Positions 33,275-34,674 of a DNA stretch of 34,674 nt are shown piece by piece. Position numbers and translations under genes: made by a program. The notes beneath the pieces are model-generated. The model did no database searches. It was not told where the DNA came from and was given only the letters and a program-made list of their open reading frames with translations. How positions within the stretch are numbered: position 1 is the stretch's first letter; each line of letters starts with the position of its first letter. Origin of the DNA: a virus. Taxonomy: Duplodnaviria > Caudoviricetes. The DNA lies in the IMG/VR virus record IMGVR_UViG_3300032257_000074, positions 1-34,674 of that record. The stretch is one strand, 5' to 3'.

Positions 33275-34213
33275 ATGGCATCACAAACATTAGCGGAAGC
33301 GCAAAAACTCATTAATAACCAGATTATTTCTGGCGTAGCGGAAGATATTATTACAACTTCACCAATTTGGCAGGCAATGCCATGGTCTAGTTATGAAGGG
33401 CAAGCGATTTTAGTTAATCGTGAAAATGCTTTAGGCGATGCTCAGCATTTAGCGGTTGGTGGTACTATCACAGCTAAAGCGGCGGCAACATTTACACAAG
33501 CAACATACACAGCAGTTACTACTATCGGCGATGCAGAGCTTAACGGCCTTGTAGCGGCGCAGTCTTCTAGTGCTGGCGTGGATCAAATGGCAGCAGAGAT
33601 TAGCTCAAAAGCTAAATCAGTAGGCCGTTTATTGCAAACTGGTGTAGCTACAGGTGACGGCTCAAGCCCTAATCTTAACTCTTTGCATACTTTGGTTGAT
33701 GCAAGTCAATACACTACGGCTAGTGCTGGTCAGGCTCTTTCTTTAGCATTAATGGATGAGCTACTAGATTTAGTTAAGGCCAAAGATGGCGAAGTTGACT
33801 GGATTATGATGCCTGCTCGTACATTACGCGCTTATAAAGCTTTGGTTCGTGCATTAGGTGGTGTTAATGAGACAATGGCTTTCACTATGCCTAATGGCAC
33901 AACTCGAAATGTCTCAGTCTATGAGGGTGTACCTATCTTCCAGAATGATTATCTTTCTGTAGCTGAAACGGCTAATGGTGCGGCATTGACTACTGGTGCA
34001 TTAACGTCTGTTTATGCTGGTTGTTGGGATGATGGCACCGAGAAAGTTGGTGTTTCGATGATTTACCCAGCATCAACGCAAATGGGAATATCTGTTGAAA
34101 ATGTAGGCGCTATGGAAACTAAGGATGAATCAATCGTTCGTGTTAAGTCATATAGCAACTTCGCACAGTTCAACAGACGCGGTACTGCCCGTTTAACTTC
34201 AATCAATAACTAA
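33275..34213 (+). CDS. Major capsid protein
   Basis: 312 aa; TLAEAQKL, MDELLDLV, YEGVPIFQNDY, ARLTSI.N; followed by a terminator. Confidence 0.9.
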   Translation: MASQTLAEAQKLINNQIISGVAEDIITTSPIWQAMPWSSYEGQAILVNRENALGDAQHLAVGGTITAKAAATFTQATYTAVTTIGDAELNGLVAAQSSSAGVDQMAAEISSKAKSVGRLLQTGVATGDGSSPNLNSLHTLVDASQYTTASAGQALSLALMDELLDLVKAKDGEVDWIMMPARTLRAYKALVRALGGVNETMAFTMPNGTTRNVSVYEGVPIFQNDYLSVAETANGAALTTGALTSVYAGCWDDGTEKVGVSMIYPASTQMGISVENVGAMETKDESIVRVKSYSNFAQFNRRGTARLTSINN

Positions 34214-34223
34214 GGATTTGGCT

Positions 34224-34409
34224 ATGGCTAAAGATTCAAAGTTAAAGAAAGTGGTTAGTGATTACCCTGTAAGCGATGATAGAAAAACGCTATGGGGTGT
34301 CATTTTTGACGCGGAAGGCGAAGGCTCTAAGGCTTGTTATGTTGCTAATGTTAGCGATGAAACAGCAAAGAGCTTGATTGATGCTGGACGCGCTAAAGCG
34401 GCTAAGTAA
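34224..34409 (+). CDS. Small capsid-associated protein
   Basis: Follows the major capsid gene; AKSLIDAGRA; start is 34218 or 34224. Confidence 0.6.
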   Translation: MAKDSKLKKVVSDYPVSDDRKTLWGVIFDAEGEGSKACYVANVSDETAKSLIDAGRAKAAK

Positions 34410-34410
34410 T

Positions 34411-34439
34411 AAAAAGCGCCTCTTAATCGGGGCGTTTTT
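34411..34439 (+). terminator. Intrinsic terminator after the capsid genes
   Basis: aaaaagcgcctc-ttaatc-ggggcgttttt. Confidence 0.8.
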
Positions 34440-34452
34440 CTAAGGGTACATA

Positions 34453-34674
34453 ATGGCTACGATAACAGTAGAAACCGGCACCGGCTCGGCAAGTTCAAAC
34501 AGCTATATATCGACCACAGATTTTGAAACATACGCGGCTGATAGAGGTATCGATTTAGTTGGTACTAGCGCGGATTTGCTTATTAAAGCAATGGATTATA
34601 TTGAATCAAATAATTTCAAGGGCGATAAGTCCTCAAGCGATCAGGCGCTACAATGGCCTAGAATTAATTTCAGT
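34453..34674 (+). CDS. Head-tail adaptor, N-terminal part (continues at position 30)
   Basis: MATITVETGTGSASSNSYIST..F..YA.DRG...LLIKAMDYIE...FKG.K....QALQWPR; open to the end of the window. Confidence 0.8.
   Translation, partial: MATITVETGTGSASSNSYISTTDFETYAADRGIDLVGTSADLLIKAMDYIESNNFKGDKSSSDQALQWPRINFS
34649..34674. repeat. Terminal overlap, right copy
   Basis: Identical to 4-29. Confidence 0.9.

Noticed and set aside
1-34674. Alternative genetic code or tRNA genes
   Set aside because: Standard-code ORFs tile the genome densely using all three stop codons; no cloverleaf was recognised by eye

Overview
The window looks like a complete, circularly permuted ~34.65 kb siphovirus genome. The last 26 nt (34649-34674) repeat positions 4-29, and one head-tail adaptor ORF reads through the junction. 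The host is probably a proteobacterium (inferred from sigma70-type promoters and the SSB, DnaB, NinB, NinG and YdaU gene set). Order: neck and tail genes (1-10585); a leftward recombination operon (lipoprotein, NinG, NinB, gp157, Sak/Rad52; 10586-14456); divergent promoters (~14490-14623); rightward early genes; YdaU-type initiator, DnaB and SSB; holin-like genes; a separate six-gene fibre/appendage cluster (23898-28035); then terminase, portal and capsid genes. Main observations: (1) an apparent peptide-docking architecture for virion appendages. Two paralogous distal-tail genes each carry a different triple-repeat insertion and are each followed by their own receptor-binding protein. In the second cluster, short linker proteins with tandem repeats at both ends alternate with fibre-like proteins. 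(2) An array of small genes delimited by five identical 19-nt repeats. (3) No recognisable integrase, CI repressor or endolysin in an apparently closed genome. (4) Several structured leader RNAs. Family names come from my recognition of motifs, not from database searches.
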